A DNA stretch of 64,000 nt. Source: Squalus acanthias (Eukaryota). Shown one piece after another: positions 39,326 to 52,401 of this stretch (its first letter is position 1; every line of letters starts with the position of its first letter). Below the pieces are notes generated by a model that ran no database searches, was not told where the DNA came from, and worked only from the letters and a program-made list of their open reading frames with translations. A program made the translations under genes and the position numbers. The stretch lies in contig CM059432.1 in assembly GCA_030390025.1 (NCBI GenBank), positions 49,478,001-49,542,000 on the forward strand, read 5' to 3'.

Positions 39326-42283
39326 GGGCTGGATTTTACCAAGCTCGGCGGGACCATGGCGGGCGATGTCGGTGGCGGGTCTTGGCCTTGCTGCTGGCTC
39401 CATCCCGCTGTCCCAAATGATTTTCCCCTGATTGGGCTTCCCCAGCGAAATTCCCGGCCAATTAATAGGAAGCGGGTCTGATGACGTCATTTGATGTTAG
39501 AATTTTTTGAGGTTGTAACTAGCAGAATAGATAAAGGGGAACCAATGGATGTGTATTTGGATTTTCAGAAGGCATTGGATAAGGTGCCACACAAGAGGTT
39601 ATTAAACAAAATTAGGGCTCATGGGATTGGGGTAATATATTAGCATGGATTGAGGATTGGCGAACGAACAGAAAACAGAGTAGGAATAAACGGCTCATTT
39701 ATGGGTTGGTAGGCTGTAACTAGTGGGGTACCACAAGGATCAGTGCTTGGGCCTCAGCTATTCATAATCTACATCAATGATTTGGATGAGGGGACCAAAT
39801 GTAATATATCCAAGTTTGCTGATGATACAAAGCTGGGTGGGAATGTAAGTTGTGAGGAGGATGCAAGGAGGCGTCAAGGGGATATAGACAGGTTAAGTGA
39901 GTGGGCAAGAACATGGCAAATGGAATATAATGTGGAGAAATATGAAGTTAATCACTTTGGTAGGAAAAATAGAAAAGCAGAGTTTTTTAAATGGTGAGAG
40001 ATTGGGAAATGTTGGTGTTCAGAGGGACCTGGGTGTCCTTGTACACAAATCACTGAAAGTTAACATGCAGGTACAGCAAGCAATTAGGAAAGCAAATGGT
40101 ATGTTGGCCTTTATTACAAGAGGATTTGAGTATAAGAGTAAAGACGTCTTACTGCAATTATATAGGGATATAGGGCCCCAATGAGACCACACCTGGAGTA
40201 TTGTGTACAGTTTTGGTCTCCTTACCTAAGGAAGGATATACTTGCCACAGAGGGAGTGCAACAAAGGTTCACCAGACTGGTTCCTGGGATGGGGGGGGCG
40301 GGGGGGGGGGGATTGTCCTATGAGGACAGATTGAGTAGATTAGGCCTATATTCTCTAGAGTTTAGAAGAATGAGAGGTGATCTCATTGAAACAAACAAAA
40401 TTCTTACAGGGCTTGACAGGGGAGATGCAGGGAGGATGTTTCCCCTGGCTGGGGAGTCTAGAACCAGAGGTCACAGTCTCAGAATAAGGGGTCGGTCATT
40501 TAGGACTGAGATGAGGAGAAATTTCTTCATTCAGAGGGTGGTGAATCTTTGGAATTCTCTACCCCAGATGGCTGTGGAGGCTCAGTCGTTGAGTATATTC
40601 AAGACAGAGATCGATAGATTTTTGAATATTAAGGGAATCAAGGGATATGGGGATAGTGCAGGAAAGTGGAGATGAGGTAGAAGATCAGCCATGATCTTAC
40701 TGAATGGTGGAGCAGGCTCGAAGGGCCAAATGGCCTACTCCTGCTCCTATTTCTTATGTTCTTATGTTCCTTAAAGGGACCATGCGCAAATTTATTTTGA
40801 CATTTGTGCTCTCAGTGTTCTACAGCATTGAGGAGCTGCAAACACTGACAAGCATTGCACAGAGGTGCACGGATGCACCCAGGCTCTCCCATGACTCCCT
40901 CCATATGCTTATGGAGGGAGTCACAGCACGTAAGGAGGTTCTCTTGCCTTCCAATGGGCGGAAGAGACCTCTCCAGGAGACCAATGCAGCCTGGTTGCAC
41001 ATTGCACAGGAGGGCACAAGCACGGATGTCATCAGGAGGACCAGGCTGCAGTGACGCAAACCTTTCAATGATCTCAGTGGATCACGAAACGTTACTGCAA
41101 AGCCACACTCAACCTCATCCTGTTGTGCCTCTCATCACATCCCCATCTCTCTGCCTTCCCTACCCTACTCCTGCACATCTTTACTCACACCAACTTACCT
41201 TGCACCCATCCCTCTCTTTCTACATTATCACATCCCCATCTCACTAGCCACCCCTCACACTCACCATCATCCTAGTGCAATCATACCAACTGACAACACA
41301 CAACGGTAGGCACTTGAGTATTTCATGCAATATTCATGTAAAGTTTCGGTTAATGTGGTGTCAAACATTGAAACCTTTATTTTTAACACTTCGCGTTCTT
41401 GGACAGATTTGTGTGCACCTTTGGAAGTGGCTTAGTGAGTTGCAGTGAATGGTGAGGCATAACGGCACCCCCGCAATGGTGATGAGTGTGAAAGAAATGG
41501 CTTGGGCATCGTAGGGATGCTTTATGGTGATGGTGTGGGGTGGTGCCAACCTGGCGCATCATGTGGCAGCCAGGGTGTACAGCATCAAGTGAAGTAAACC
41601 TGGCCATGGTGATGCCATCCCTGGCCTCCTGGGCAGCAATGTGGTCGGGTGCTGATGCCCTGTGTCCTGTGCAGCATCAGTTAATTGCGGAGAAGGTTGG
41701 TGTTGTTTTTGGTGCTGCTGGTGTGCCTGGTGCTGGGACTGATCGTGGTGGGATTCTGAGGACCAAGGTGAGAGAGTATAAAGTGCACCCATGCTGATGG
41801 AATTGATGGCAGGTGAAGTTGAGATGACAGAAACTTTCTGTCAATGTTGGGAGAGGTAATGTTGTCAGGCTGGATGGAGACTTGTGTCAAGACTTGCAGC
41901 ATTCTGAATCTGTAGTGGAAATGCAGTTTAGAGAAGCTAGTGGCTAAGGGAAGATATCTGATTTAGCTGGGAGCTTTGACTTGACATTTGAAGCTGTCAA
42001 CTCATCAGCTCAAACAATGGCAAGTCACCCCCCACCTCAGCTTCACTGATGATGTCTAGGCACAGCAGGAAACCGGTGGGTGACCTGTCAAAATCAAAAA
42101 GCTGGGAAGAAAATGTTGTTAAGTGGCTGTAAACAAGCCACTAATGATTGTAATTGCATCCCCTGCCGCAATCACAAGCTACTAATGATTTTAATTGCCT
42201 CCCCCGACCCGCTGTCAAAAAACCCATTTTCGCATCCGACCCACCACCGATCGTGCCCGCTGACCCACTGACAAATTCCTCCC
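39326..42283 (+). mobile_element. Non-autonomous Harbinger with Myb/SANT remnant, containing a CR1
   Basis: TIR gggctggatttt / aaattcctccc with TSD TTA. Remnant APRLSHDSLHMLMEGVTARKEVLLP. Confidence 0.87.
39498..40767 (+). mobile_element. CR1 LINE, 5'-truncated (RT to 3' tail)
   Basis: [23 protein letters not shown] and tail tatttcttatgttcttatg. Confidence 0.93.
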
Positions 42284-42651
42284 TTAGTTTTTGCTCTTGG
42301 CATTCTATACTTGCACAGAAGGTTTAATAATGCCTTTTGATATAAATAGATCAAAAGCATTTTCCTTCCTATACTTTTGACCATGATCTATGGTTGTCGT
42401 CATTGGAGTAGAAAAAGAAATAAGACTCATCAAAAAAATCGTACAGAGATCAAAGACGGTTTATCAACTGCAAATATAGGCCTGCATTTTAACATATAAA
42501 AATATCATTTGGGTTGATTCTGAAAGACATCCGAATCAACATATTGAACAAGGGGATGGATCCATTGCCACTGAAAGGGGCAAGAACCAAATCCATTGAA
42601 TTAACCTTGAGGTAGTTTCAGGAAACAATTATTTCTCTGGGATGACAATAG

Positions 42652-43312
42652 GGGCTGGATTTTGATACTGGGGCGGGTTGGGGTCGTGTTATCCACTTTT
42701 CGTGTTATCCACCCAACTGCAATTGGATGTGGGAGATTGATGCGATTTTCACCTAATTGGGCAATTGAGTTCCAACATGTGGGAACCCATGAACCAATTA
42801 GTGTTTTCAGTCTGAAAGTCGCCTCTGATGATGTCATCATTGCTGCTGCATTGAAGGTCTGCAAAGACTGCCTGGCCTTTGCTGTGAGAGGACCTGGATG
42901 CAAAATGAGCAGCAGCAGCCCTAAGTCTGCTCCCAGATATTTTTGCACCACCACTCCCAGATATGTGTCCTCCTCATCCATCCATCCATCCATCCAGCCA
43001 GCCAGCCAGCCAGCCAGCCAAATGTGCTCCCGCCAGGTTTCACATTCGTGATTCAGAACAGGCGTGCTTCACATAGAAAAAGGGTTAAAATCACAAAGGC
43101 CTTTCAAAATGGCATTATAGAGGCAATTTAATGCTTGTTAAGGGCCTTAACAGCCTATCCCGCCTCTTTGAGGCGGGACGGAGTCGGGACCAGCAGACAC
43201 GATTTAATGAAAATTGCGTGGAGGCGGGCTTGTGCCCGCCCGCCAGTTTTCGCAATTTTAACCCCCCACACGCCTCCAAACCCACCTCCACGGGTCAATG
43301 AAAATCCAGCCC
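42652..43312. mobile_element. Harbinger-type MITE with internal (CCAT)n(CCAG)n
   Basis: Perfect 12-bp TIR gggctggatttt / aaaatccagccc. Right end nearly identical to 20020-20080. Confidence 0.85.
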
Positions 43313-44169
43313 ATGTTGTCTGTTTTCAGCTTATGCATTATGATACAAAAAAAACACTAATATTATTAAAGCTGCTTAAACATTAACAGACTTGGGAATA
43401 CCTTTATCATTATAATGTTAAATATAAACTATGAAATAAAATAATAAAAGTTAATAGCTAAAACAAAATGTAATACAAAAATAAAAACTGTTACTTGCAA
43501 TTTGCCCTTTTGTCTTTTTTTCCCTCCTGCTCCCTCTTTTCCATTCTCTCTCTGTTCTACCTTATCGTTTATTTTCCCCCAAATAATATACTCTATTCCA
43601 TCTATTCTAAGCTGCTTTTCTATTTATTTTTAACTTTAAAGCTTTTCACTTAATGTGACATCCATTTTGGACTTGGGAGCAACTTTAAAAAAAAACTTTC
43701 ATTGGCTAAAATCTGGGGTTGATTTTCATATGCTGCTGTAAGTCAGGTCTAAAGTGCTGATTCTACATTCAGATGCTCCCCGTTAGGAACAATGCTTGCA
43801 GGAAGCACTGGCGAGAAATTGTGGGCCCATATTATCTAAATTTCTGTGTAATAACTGTGAGCACTACTCCTCGCTGAAAATGGCCAGTCAGCGATTCAAC
43901 CCTTAATTAGTTTCGAACTGGTGCTGATCCCACTTGAATGGTAAAATGCTAATAGGCTCAAAATTCCAGTCCAGTCTACTTGCATAATTATACACAGATC
44001 TAGATGCAGACTTGGATAATATAAAAGAAGCACACTTTGGATTACCTGATGTACATAGAAAAGTACTAATATTTGTAGAAAAACTATTTGTATCCATCTG
44101 TACGTGTGTAAATTCACCAATAATAGATACCTTATACTGTGAAGTAGACTTGTGGTTATTTTGTTTTAT

Positions 44170-44242
44170 ATTCGTTCATGGGATGTGGGCGTTGCTGGCA
44201 TGGCCAGCATTTATTGCCCATCCCTAATTGCCCTCGAGAAGA
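44170..44242 (-). repeat. 3'-tail fragment of the 35286-38270 LINE/SINE family
   Basis: Reverse complement of ...agggcaattagggatgggcaataaatgctggcc...cccacatcccatgaacgaat. Confidence 0.8.
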
Positions 44243-44269
44243 TTATGGTACTACACTATCAACTCAAAG

Positions 44270-46090
44270 GTCATAAATTCAAATTCCACCATGGCAAGTT
44301 GTTAAATTATATTTAATAAATGACCATGAAAGTTGGTTCGCTAATGTCCTTCATGAAAGGAAACGTGCCACCATTACTTGACCTGGACTACATGTAACTC
44401 CAGTCCACACCATGGCTGCGATTTCGCCGACCGAGGCGGGTCCGGGGCGGCCGGGGTCGGTGTCCTTAAAGGGGCCAAGTCCAAATTGATCTTGACAATT
44501 CTGCTGTCAGTATTCTACGGCATTGAGGTGCTGCAAACACTGACAAGCACTGCACAAAGGTACATGTCTGCACCCAGGCTCTTCCATGACTCCCTCCATA
44601 TGCAGGGAAGTTCTCTTCCCTTCCCATAGACGGAAGAGACCTCCCCAAGAGATCAACGCAGCCTGGTTGCACATTGCACAGGAGGGCACAAGCAGGGATG
44701 TCATCAGGAGTACCAGGCTGCAGTGGCGCAAGCCTTTCAATGATCTGAGCAGATCATGAAACGTTACTGCCAAGCCACACTCATCACATCCACATCACTC
44801 TGCCTTCCCTACCCTACTCCTGCACATCTTTACTCACACCAACTTGCACCTCCACCCATCCCTCTCTATCTACATTATCACATCCCCATCTCACTAGTCA
44901 CCCCTCACACTCACCCTCATCCTAGTGCAATCATACCAACTAACAACACACAAGGGTAGGCATTTGGGTGGTTTAGCCAATGTTCATGTGAAGTTTCTGT
45001 TAATGTGTTGTCAAACATTGAAATCTATATTTTCAACACTTTATCTTATTGGACAGATCTGTGCTCACCTTTGGAAGTGTCTTACTGAGTTGTAGTGAAT
45101 GTTGAGACATAACTTCCCCCCACCCCAATTGTGAAGAGTGTGAAAGGAATGGCTTGGATATTGTAGGGATGTTTTATGGTGCTGGTGAGGGGTGGTGTCA
45201 ACCTGGCGCATCATGTGGCAGCCAGGATATACAGCATCAAGTGAAGTAAATCTGACCATGGTGATGCCATCACTGGCCTCCAGGGCAGCAATGTTGTCAG
45301 GTGCTGATGCCCTGTGTCCTGTGCAACATCAGGTGATTGCGGAGAAGGTTAGTATTGTTGTTGGTGATGTTGGTGTGCCTGGTGATGTTGGTGTTGGGGC
45401 TGATCGTGGAGGGATTCAGAGGACCGAGTTGAAATTTTTTCAAGGGCAATGATGTTGCTGGAATAGATGGCAGCTGAATTTGAGATGACAGAAGCGATCT
45501 GTCAATGGTGAGAGAGCTTGCTCCAAGGAGGTGACAGTGGATAGAGAGTTTACTCCAAACACTTCCAAACTGCATACAGCTCAAAATTGTCTTCCAAGTC
45601 CTGAAGGCTCAAGCTTCTGACATTGGAAAGTGACCAGCTGTGAAATGGTAGCTTTCATACCACTTTTGCAGCGGTCACCTATTCACAGCAATGGGGAGAC
45701 ATAGAGAACCCGACCTACTTACCTGGCGTGATCTCCAAACAACGTGAACCTCGTAAAAAAAGTGGTAAAATAGAAATAGGCTGGCAAAATAGTAGTTAAG
45801 AAGCAATTAACAAGCATTTAACTATCTTTAATGCCTCCCCTGCTGCTTGATGTCGCGTCTGTTGTGAAATCGCAGACCCGACACTTTGTAAACTTACATG
45901 AAGGCGGGTTCGGAGTGGCCTCCCAACCCGCTGTCAATCATTTCGATTTTGACAGCAGACCTGCCTCCGAACCCGCCCTCTGAGCGCCGGCAAAATCGCG
46001 GCCCATGATTCTTAATGTCCTCGGGGCAACTAGGGATAAGCAACAAATGCTGCCTTGTAAATGTTGTCCACATCCCAAGAACAAATTTTA
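44270..46090 (+). mobile_element. Decayed SINE (head + tail of the 35286 LINE), split by a Harbinger element
   Basis: ttcaaattccaccatggc...ggttcgctaat...ccagtccacac [insert] ttcttaatgtcctc ggggcaactagggataagcaacaaatgctg...cacatccca. Confidence 0.7.
44414..46003 (+). mobile_element. Non-autonomous Harbinger with Myb/SANT remnant
   Basis: TIR ggctgcgatttcgccg / cggcaaaatcgcggcc with TSD CAT. Confidence 0.88.
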
Positions 46091-46682
46091 AAAATCCTTA
46101 TCAAACATAGCACATCAGATCATTACTTTTGTCAATGCCCATCTTCTACCAGATTCAGAAGGACAAAACAGAACCTAACTCTAAATTTCACTTCATAACA
46201 CTATATAAGACTGCCAACTTTCATGTAATAATGTGCTGTATCTGCACACTTACTTAACAGTAGAAAAGAGCCGTCATTATCCTGGTAACACACAATATAT
46301 TATGTCTGACTAAAGTTGCTAATTCCAAGGCAGGAATTAACTTGGGCACTCCAAAGTGTAAATCAATGTAACGAGACACTGTTTTTTGGCAGGAATCCCA
46401 TTGAAAATGTGAAGTTAATTATTTCATTCCTTTGTAGGGCGATTAATTAATTATAAGCCGCTGAGTTGCAAAGGCAAATTAAGTGATTCACAAAAGTTGA
46501 CTGTAGACTAGTTTAAATGCAGTGCTTAATTGGTAATATCCTCCATGCTTCCACTACCCTTCAGATATTTAAGAACCCCCTAATTCAGACAACTTTGGAG
46601 ATAGGAAGGAAGACTGCAAATTCTGGAAATTGTAACTAAAAACAGGAATTGAATGAAATACACAGAAAAAGAAAGACAGATT

Positions 46683-47233
46683 GGCCCTGAATTTGCGGTC
46701 AGAGGCGAACCAGAAGAATACGAATATGAACCGGAAAAAAAATCCGAACATACCTGGTGTCTCCGGAGCTTCGGACTCTTCGGGTCCTTGGCCTGTGTAA
46801 AGGCCCTCGCATCCCAGGGGTGCAGGCAGTTCGCAAGCGTCCCTGGGATCATGTGGGCCTGGTCAACCAATCAAAAAGGGGGATTCCTATGATGCTTATG
46901 GGGATTCCATTTACGTACGTAATTAAGCAATTAAAATTTAATAACATGAAAAATAAATTTAAACATTTTAAAATGGGCCAAAATTTACCTAAACTAATTT
47001 TAAATGTATGTGTATGTTTTAATCATTTAAAAAAATATATTTTATCATTTATTTTAACTCTTACGCTGGTAAAAGCAGGCCTTACAAAGTGTTTTTGCAG
47101 CAGATGCAAAGGATCTGTCAATGCGAAACTTGACAGATTGCAATTACTGGGTTTTCGCGCATACGCAGCGCATGCAGAAACCTGGAACTGGCAGGGCCTT
47201 TCTGAAGGCTTCCGACAGCGTAATGTCAGGCCC
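46683..47233. mobile_element. Harbinger-type MITE (AT-rich core family)
   Basis: ggccctgaatttgcg...cgtaatgtcaggccc. Shares cgtccctgggatca(c/t)gtgggcc with 13805-14433. Confidence 0.75.
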
Positions 47234-48567
47234 ATAATGTTTCAAGTGAGAATCTTTGTCAGAGTTGAACAATCCCACCTCCCAGCAAAAATACATTTTC
47301 CATGATCTTCTCATTGATAGCAGTGGAAAGTGATCTACTAATGTTGGTGACTTAATTGCTTCTGCTATGTTCATATTTTCCTTATATCTGACCACTGGCA
47401 GGAATAAAATATTGGTGGGACTCAGGTACCACAGTAAACTTGTCAATAAGTGGATAATTAGAAGCATTACTGGCTGCCTGCCTGAATTTTCCTACTTTTT
47501 TTATTTTGGGCTATAGGCTTTGGATATTTAGCCAGATAGAAGCTAGCTTTACCTCTACAGCAACTAGACAACTGCTTTGCACAATGCAACAATTGTTCTG
47601 GCCTGGATTCACCTCCTCAGTGGCCAAAACTCTATGGTGGCCAATAAGGAAAATCTTAAAAGTAAACCAGAAATAACTTGCCTGAAGCCGCCCAGTTGCC
47701 TATTTCTGTCCATTACGGGTGAGCAACTGATTGCGGGATGCAAATGAGGCTTGGAAGTTAAAATAACCCGGGCCTCAAACTGATGACCTCCGGCAGGTTT
47801 GACCCTCACCCCTCCCCCGCCCACCCAAAACCCACTCCCAGTTAAAATGCCCTAAATGTCTTTGAGAGCGCCAATGAAGTTGGCAAAATGTTTCTGCATG
47901 AAGTTAAGCAGAAAAGGGAGGCACTTGTTGGTTCAGATTGATATAAACCACTAAGGAGAACAACACAACCATAGTCCCGATACTTGGGTAGCACCTAGGA
48001 GAAGCACGAGAATAGTGGAGCTCATCCTGTACAACATCAGAGAGATGCAGCTGTGTTGTTCATACTCTAGGGCTTAAGCAAGACCTCTATTTTTATGCTG
48101 GGAACACAACATAGAATCATAAGGCTAAAAATTCAGGGGCTTAACGCCACCCGTTACTGGCAAAAAATGCTGAAAAGAGGGCGGCCGCCGTTCTTTTGCT
48201 AGTTGGTGGTGGGTCCCTCGGCGTCCTCCATTTTCCCAGACCTGGTAGTGCTGCCGTTAAGAAGTATCATCCTGCAAAGAAAAATGAGGGTGTGGTGACG
48301 CACGCCGACTTAACGTCACCACGGCGAACTTGGCCCTTTGCGCTGAGTTCAGCGTTGGGTCCTAAGCACACCAGGTAAACCCAGCTTGCAAGCAGACTCA
48401 CAGAGGTGCTGTCAGCACCTCGTAAAGGGACACACACACATCTTTCAGGTAAGTTTGCATTTAAGCTTTTGGACTGTTTTTTTTTTATTTTACTGAAGTA
48501 ATGACTTGCTGCAATGCATGTTAAAAGTTTTTTTAAGTATGTAGGGAGTGCAAGGAGCACTGTTGGC

Positions 48568-48672
48568 AACATCCGTGGAGAGAGAAACAGAGTTCATGCC
48601 TCAGGTCAAGATGCTGCCTGACCTGCTGAGTATTTCCAGCATTTTATACTGTCATTTCAGATTTACTGCATC
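48568..48672. repeat. Penelope pseudo-LTR-derived inverted fragment
   Basis: gtggagagagaaacagagtt followed by gatgctgcctgacctgctgagtatttccagc, i.e. both orientations of 19140-19235. Confidence 0.7.
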
Positions 48673-49417
48673 AGCTCGTAGAGGCAAGAGGAAGACGCAG
48701 AAGAGGAAGAAACAGAAGAGGAAGAAGCCGAAGAGGAGGAAGCAGAAGAAGAGGAAACAGAAGGAAGGATGCAACCTAGACAGCCCCTTTCTGGCCGGGA
48801 TATCTGGGATGGAATCATCCTCCTGCGGTACCAGTGACCACAACCTCAATTCCCCTTTTAACATTAGTCCCACACCTTACCTTCCTTCTGTTACTGACCA
48901 TCACAGCGTCCTCTTGGCCACGATGCTGAAATAAAAGCCACCACAAAGCAAACTTTCCAATCCAACTTTATACATCTATCCATCCAATATGACATCAAGA
49001 AATCAGCCCATCACCCTTATGCATTCTCTTAGTGACTGTCTAATTGAAACATATAAAATTCTTAAGGGGCTTGACAGGGTTAATGCTGAGAAAATGTTTC
49101 CCCTGGCTGGGGAGTCTAAAACACGGGGTCACAGTCTCAGAATAAGGGGTCGGCCATTTAGGACTGAGATGAGGAGAAATTTCTTTACTCAAAGGGTTGT
49201 GAATCTTTGGAATTCTCTACCCCAGAGAGCTGTGGATGCTCAGTCGTTGAGTATATTCAAGACAGATTTCGATAAAATTTTGCGAACTAAGGGAATTAAG
49301 GGATGTGGGGATAGAAACATAGAAACATAGAAACATAGAAAATAGGTGCAGGAGTAGACCATTCGGTCCTTCGAGACTGCACCCCCATTCAATGCGTTCA
49401 TGGCTGAACATGCTACC

Positions 49418-52258
49418 TCAGTACCCCATTCCTGCTTTCTCACCATACCCCTTGATCCCCCTAGTTGTGACTATTATATCTAACTCCCTTTTGAATATAT
49501 TTAGCGAACTGGCCTCAACAACCTTCTGTGGTAGAGAATTCCACAGATTCACCACTCTCTGGATGAAGAAGTTCCTCCTCATCTCAGTCTTAAATGGCTT
49601 CCCCTTTATCCTTAGACTGTAACCCCTGGTTTTAGTTTTCCCTAACATTGGAAACATTCTGCCCGCATCTAATTTGTCTAAACCAGTCAGGATTTTAAAT
49701 GTCTCTATAAGATCCCCCCTCATTCTTCTGAACTCCAGAGGATACAAGTTCAGTTGATCCAGTCTTTCTTGATATGTCAGTCTGGCCATCCCAGGAATCA
49801 ATCTAGTGAACCTTCGTTGCACTCCCTCAATAGCAAGAATGTCCTTCCTCAAGTTAGGAGACCAAAACTGCACACAATACTCCAGGTGTGGCCTCACCAA
49901 GGCCCTGTACAACTGTAGCATCACCTCCCTACTCCTGTACTCAAATCCCCTTGCTATGAAGGCCATCATGCCATTTGCTTTCTTGACTGCCTGCTGCACT
50001 TGCCTTCCCACCTTCAGTGACTGATGTACCATGACGCCCAGGTCTCGTTGCACCTCCCCTTTCCCTAATCTGCCACCATTCAGGTAATAGTCTGCCTCCC
50101 TATTTTTACCACCAAAGTGGATAACCTCACATTTATCCACATTGTACTTCATCTGCCATACATTTGCCCATTCACCCAACCTGTCCAAGTCACTCTGTAG
50201 CCTCCTAGCATCCTCCTCATTGTTCACACTGCCTCCCAATTTAGTGTCATCCGCAAATTTGGAGATATTACAATTAATCCCTTCGTCCAAATCATTAATA
50301 TATAATGTAAACAGCTGGGGTCCCAGCACCGAACCCTGCGGTACCCCGCTGGTCACTGCCTGCCATTCTGAAAAGTACCCATTTACTCCTACTCTTTGTT
50401 TCCTGTGTGCCAACCAGTTCTCAATCCACGTCAACACATTACCCCCAATCCCATGTGCTTTAACTTTGCACACCAATCTCTTGTGTGGGACCTTGTCGAA
50501 GGCCTTCTGAAAGTCCAAATACACCACATCTACTGGTTCCCCCCCGTCCACTCTATTGGAAACATCCTCAAAAAATTCCAGAAGATTTGTCAAGCATGAT
50601 TTCCCTATCACAAATCCATGCTGACTTGGACCTATCATGTCGCCACTTTCCAAATGGTCTGTTATGACATCTTTAATAATTGATTCCATCATTTTACCCA
50701 CCACCGATGTCAGGCTGACCGGTCTATAATTCCCTGCTTTCTCCCTCCCTCCTTTTTTAAAAACAGGGGTTACATTAGCCACCCTCCACTCCTTCGGAAC
50801 TGATCCAGAGTCTAAGGAATGTTGGAAAATGATCGTCAATGCATCCACTATTTCCAAGGCCACCTCCTTAAGTACTCTGGGATGCAGACCATCAGGCCCT
50901 GGGGATTTATCAGCCTTCAGTCCCATCAATTTCTCCAACACCTTTTCCCGACTGATAAGGATTTCCCTCAGCTCCTCCCTCTTACCAGATCCTTTGATCT
51001 CTTTTATTTCCGGAAGGTTGTTTGTGTCCTCCACAGTAAACACCGAACCAAAGTAGTTGTTCAATTGATCTGCCATTTCTTTGTTCCCCATTATGACTTC
51101 CCCTGTTTCTGACTGCAGGGGACCTACGTTTGTTTTTACTAACCTCTTTCTTTTTACATATTTATAGAAGCTTTTGCAGTCCGTTTTAATGTTCTCCGCA
51201 AGCTTCCTTTCATATTTTATTTTCCCTGCCCTAATCAAACCCTTCGTCCTCCTCTGCTGAGTTTTAAAGTTCTCCCAGTCCCCAGGTTTGCTGCTACTTC
51301 TGGCCAATTTGTATGCCACTTCCTTGCTTTTAATACTATCCCTGATTTCCCTTGTTAGCCATGGTTGAGCCACCTTCCCTTTTTTATTTTTACGCCAGAC
51401 AGGGATGTACAATTGCTGTAGTTCATCCATGCGATCTCTAAATGTCTGCCATTGCCCTTCCACTGATAACCCCTTAAATATCGCTTGCCAATCTAACCTC
51501 GCCAATTCACGCCTCATACCCTCAAAGTTGCCCTTATTTAAGTTCTGGACCATGGTCTCTGAATTAACTGTTTCCTTCTCCATCCTAATGTAGAACTCCA
51601 CCATACTATGGTCACTCTTCCCCAAGGGGCCTCGCACCACAAGATTGCTGATTAGTCCTTCCTCATTACACAACACCCAGTCCAGGATGGCCTCTCCTCT
51701 AGTTGGTTCCTCAACATATTGGTTTAGGAAACCATCCCTTAAACACTCCAGGAAATCCTCCTCCACCGTATTGCTTCCAGTTTGAGTAGCCCAATCTATA
51801 TGCATATTAAAGTCACCCATGATAACTGCTGTGCCTTTTTTGCATGCACCTCCAATTTCCTGTTTCATACCCTCCCCCACCTCACTACTACTGTTTGGAG
51901 GTCTGTACACAACCCCCACTAATGTTTTCTGCCCTTTGGTGTTCTGCAGCTCAACCCATATTGATTCCACATCCTCCAAGCTAATGTCCTTCCTAGCTAT
52001 TGCATTAATCTCCTTTTTAACCAGCAATGCTACCCCACCCCCTTTTCCTTTTATTCTATCCTTCCTGAATGTTGAATACCCCTGGATATTCAGTTCCCAG
52101 CCTTGATTGTTCTGGAGCCACGTCTCTGTAATCCCAATCACATCATATCCGTTAACATCAATTTGCACAGTCAATTCATCCACCTTATTACGGATACTCC
52201 TTGCATTAAGACACAGAGCCTTTAGGCTTGTTTTATTAACACCCTTTGTCCTTTTAGA
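49418..52258 (-). CDS. CR1 ORF2p: APE endonuclease + reverse transcriptase (open from 52258; upstream frame reaches the ORF1 overlap through one TAG)
   Basis: [54 protein letters not shown]. No internal stops. No ATG between the TAG and the APE start. Confidence 0.93.
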   Translation of the reverse strand, partial: SKRTKGVNKTSLKALCLNARSIRNKVDELTVQIDVNGYDVIGITETWLQNNQGWELNIQGYSTFRKDRIKGKGGGVALLVKKEINAIARKDISLEDVESIWVELQNTKGQKTLVGVVYRPPNSSSEVGEGMKQEIGGACKKGTAVIMGDFNMHIDWATQTGSNTVEEDFLECLRDGFLNQYVEEPTRGEAILDWVLCNEEGLISNLVVRGPLGKSDHSMVEFYIRMEKETVNSETMVQNLNKGNFEGMRRELARLDWQAIFKGLSVEGQWQTFRDRMDELQQLYIPVWRKNKKGKVAQPWLTREIRDSIKSKEVAYKLARSSSKPGDWENFKTQQRRTKGLIRAGKIKYERKLAENIKTDCKSFYKYVKRKRLVKTNVGPLQSETGEVIMGNKEMADQLNNYFGSVFTVEDTNNLPEIKEIKGSGKREELREILISREKVLEKLMGLKADKSPGPDGLHPRVLKEVALEIVDALTIIFQHSLDSGSVPKEWRVANVTPVFKKGGREKAGNYRPVSLTSVVGKMMESIIKDVITDHLESGDMIGPSQHGFVIGKSCLTNLLEFFEDVSNRVDGGEPVDVVYLDFQKAFDKVPHKRLVCKVKAHGIGGNVLTWIENWLAHRKQRVGVNGYFSEWQAVTSGVPQGSVLGPQLFTLYINDLDEGINCNISKFADDTKLGGSVNNEEDARRLQSDLDRLGEWANVWQMKYNVDKCEVIHFGGKNREADYYLNGGRLGKGEVQRDLGVMVHQSLKVGRQVQQAVKKANGMMAFIARGFEYRSREVMLQLYRALVRPHLEYCVQFWSPNLRKDILAIEGVQRRFTRLIPGMARLTYQERLDQLNLYPLEFRRMRGDLIETFKILTGLDKLDAGRMFPMLGKTKTRGYSLRIKGKPFKTEMRRNFFIQRVVNLWNSLPQKVVEASSLNIFKRELDIIVTTRGIKGYGEKAGMGY

Positions 52259-52401
52259 CTATTGATTTAGTATGGCCCTTTGTGTTTCTTGCCTTTGTTT
52301 ACTTGGATTTCCCTTATTGTTTCTCACCCTTCTAACATTTGTTTCTGACTGCATATTACTTCCCCCTGTTTCGCTACATAGGTTCCCATTCCCCTGCCAT
52401 A

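Noticed and set aside
48548..48934. Lys/Arg-rich ORF (KRKKQKRKK)
   Set aside because: It is an alternative frame of the GAG/GAA repeat encoding a transposase-type acidic tail.
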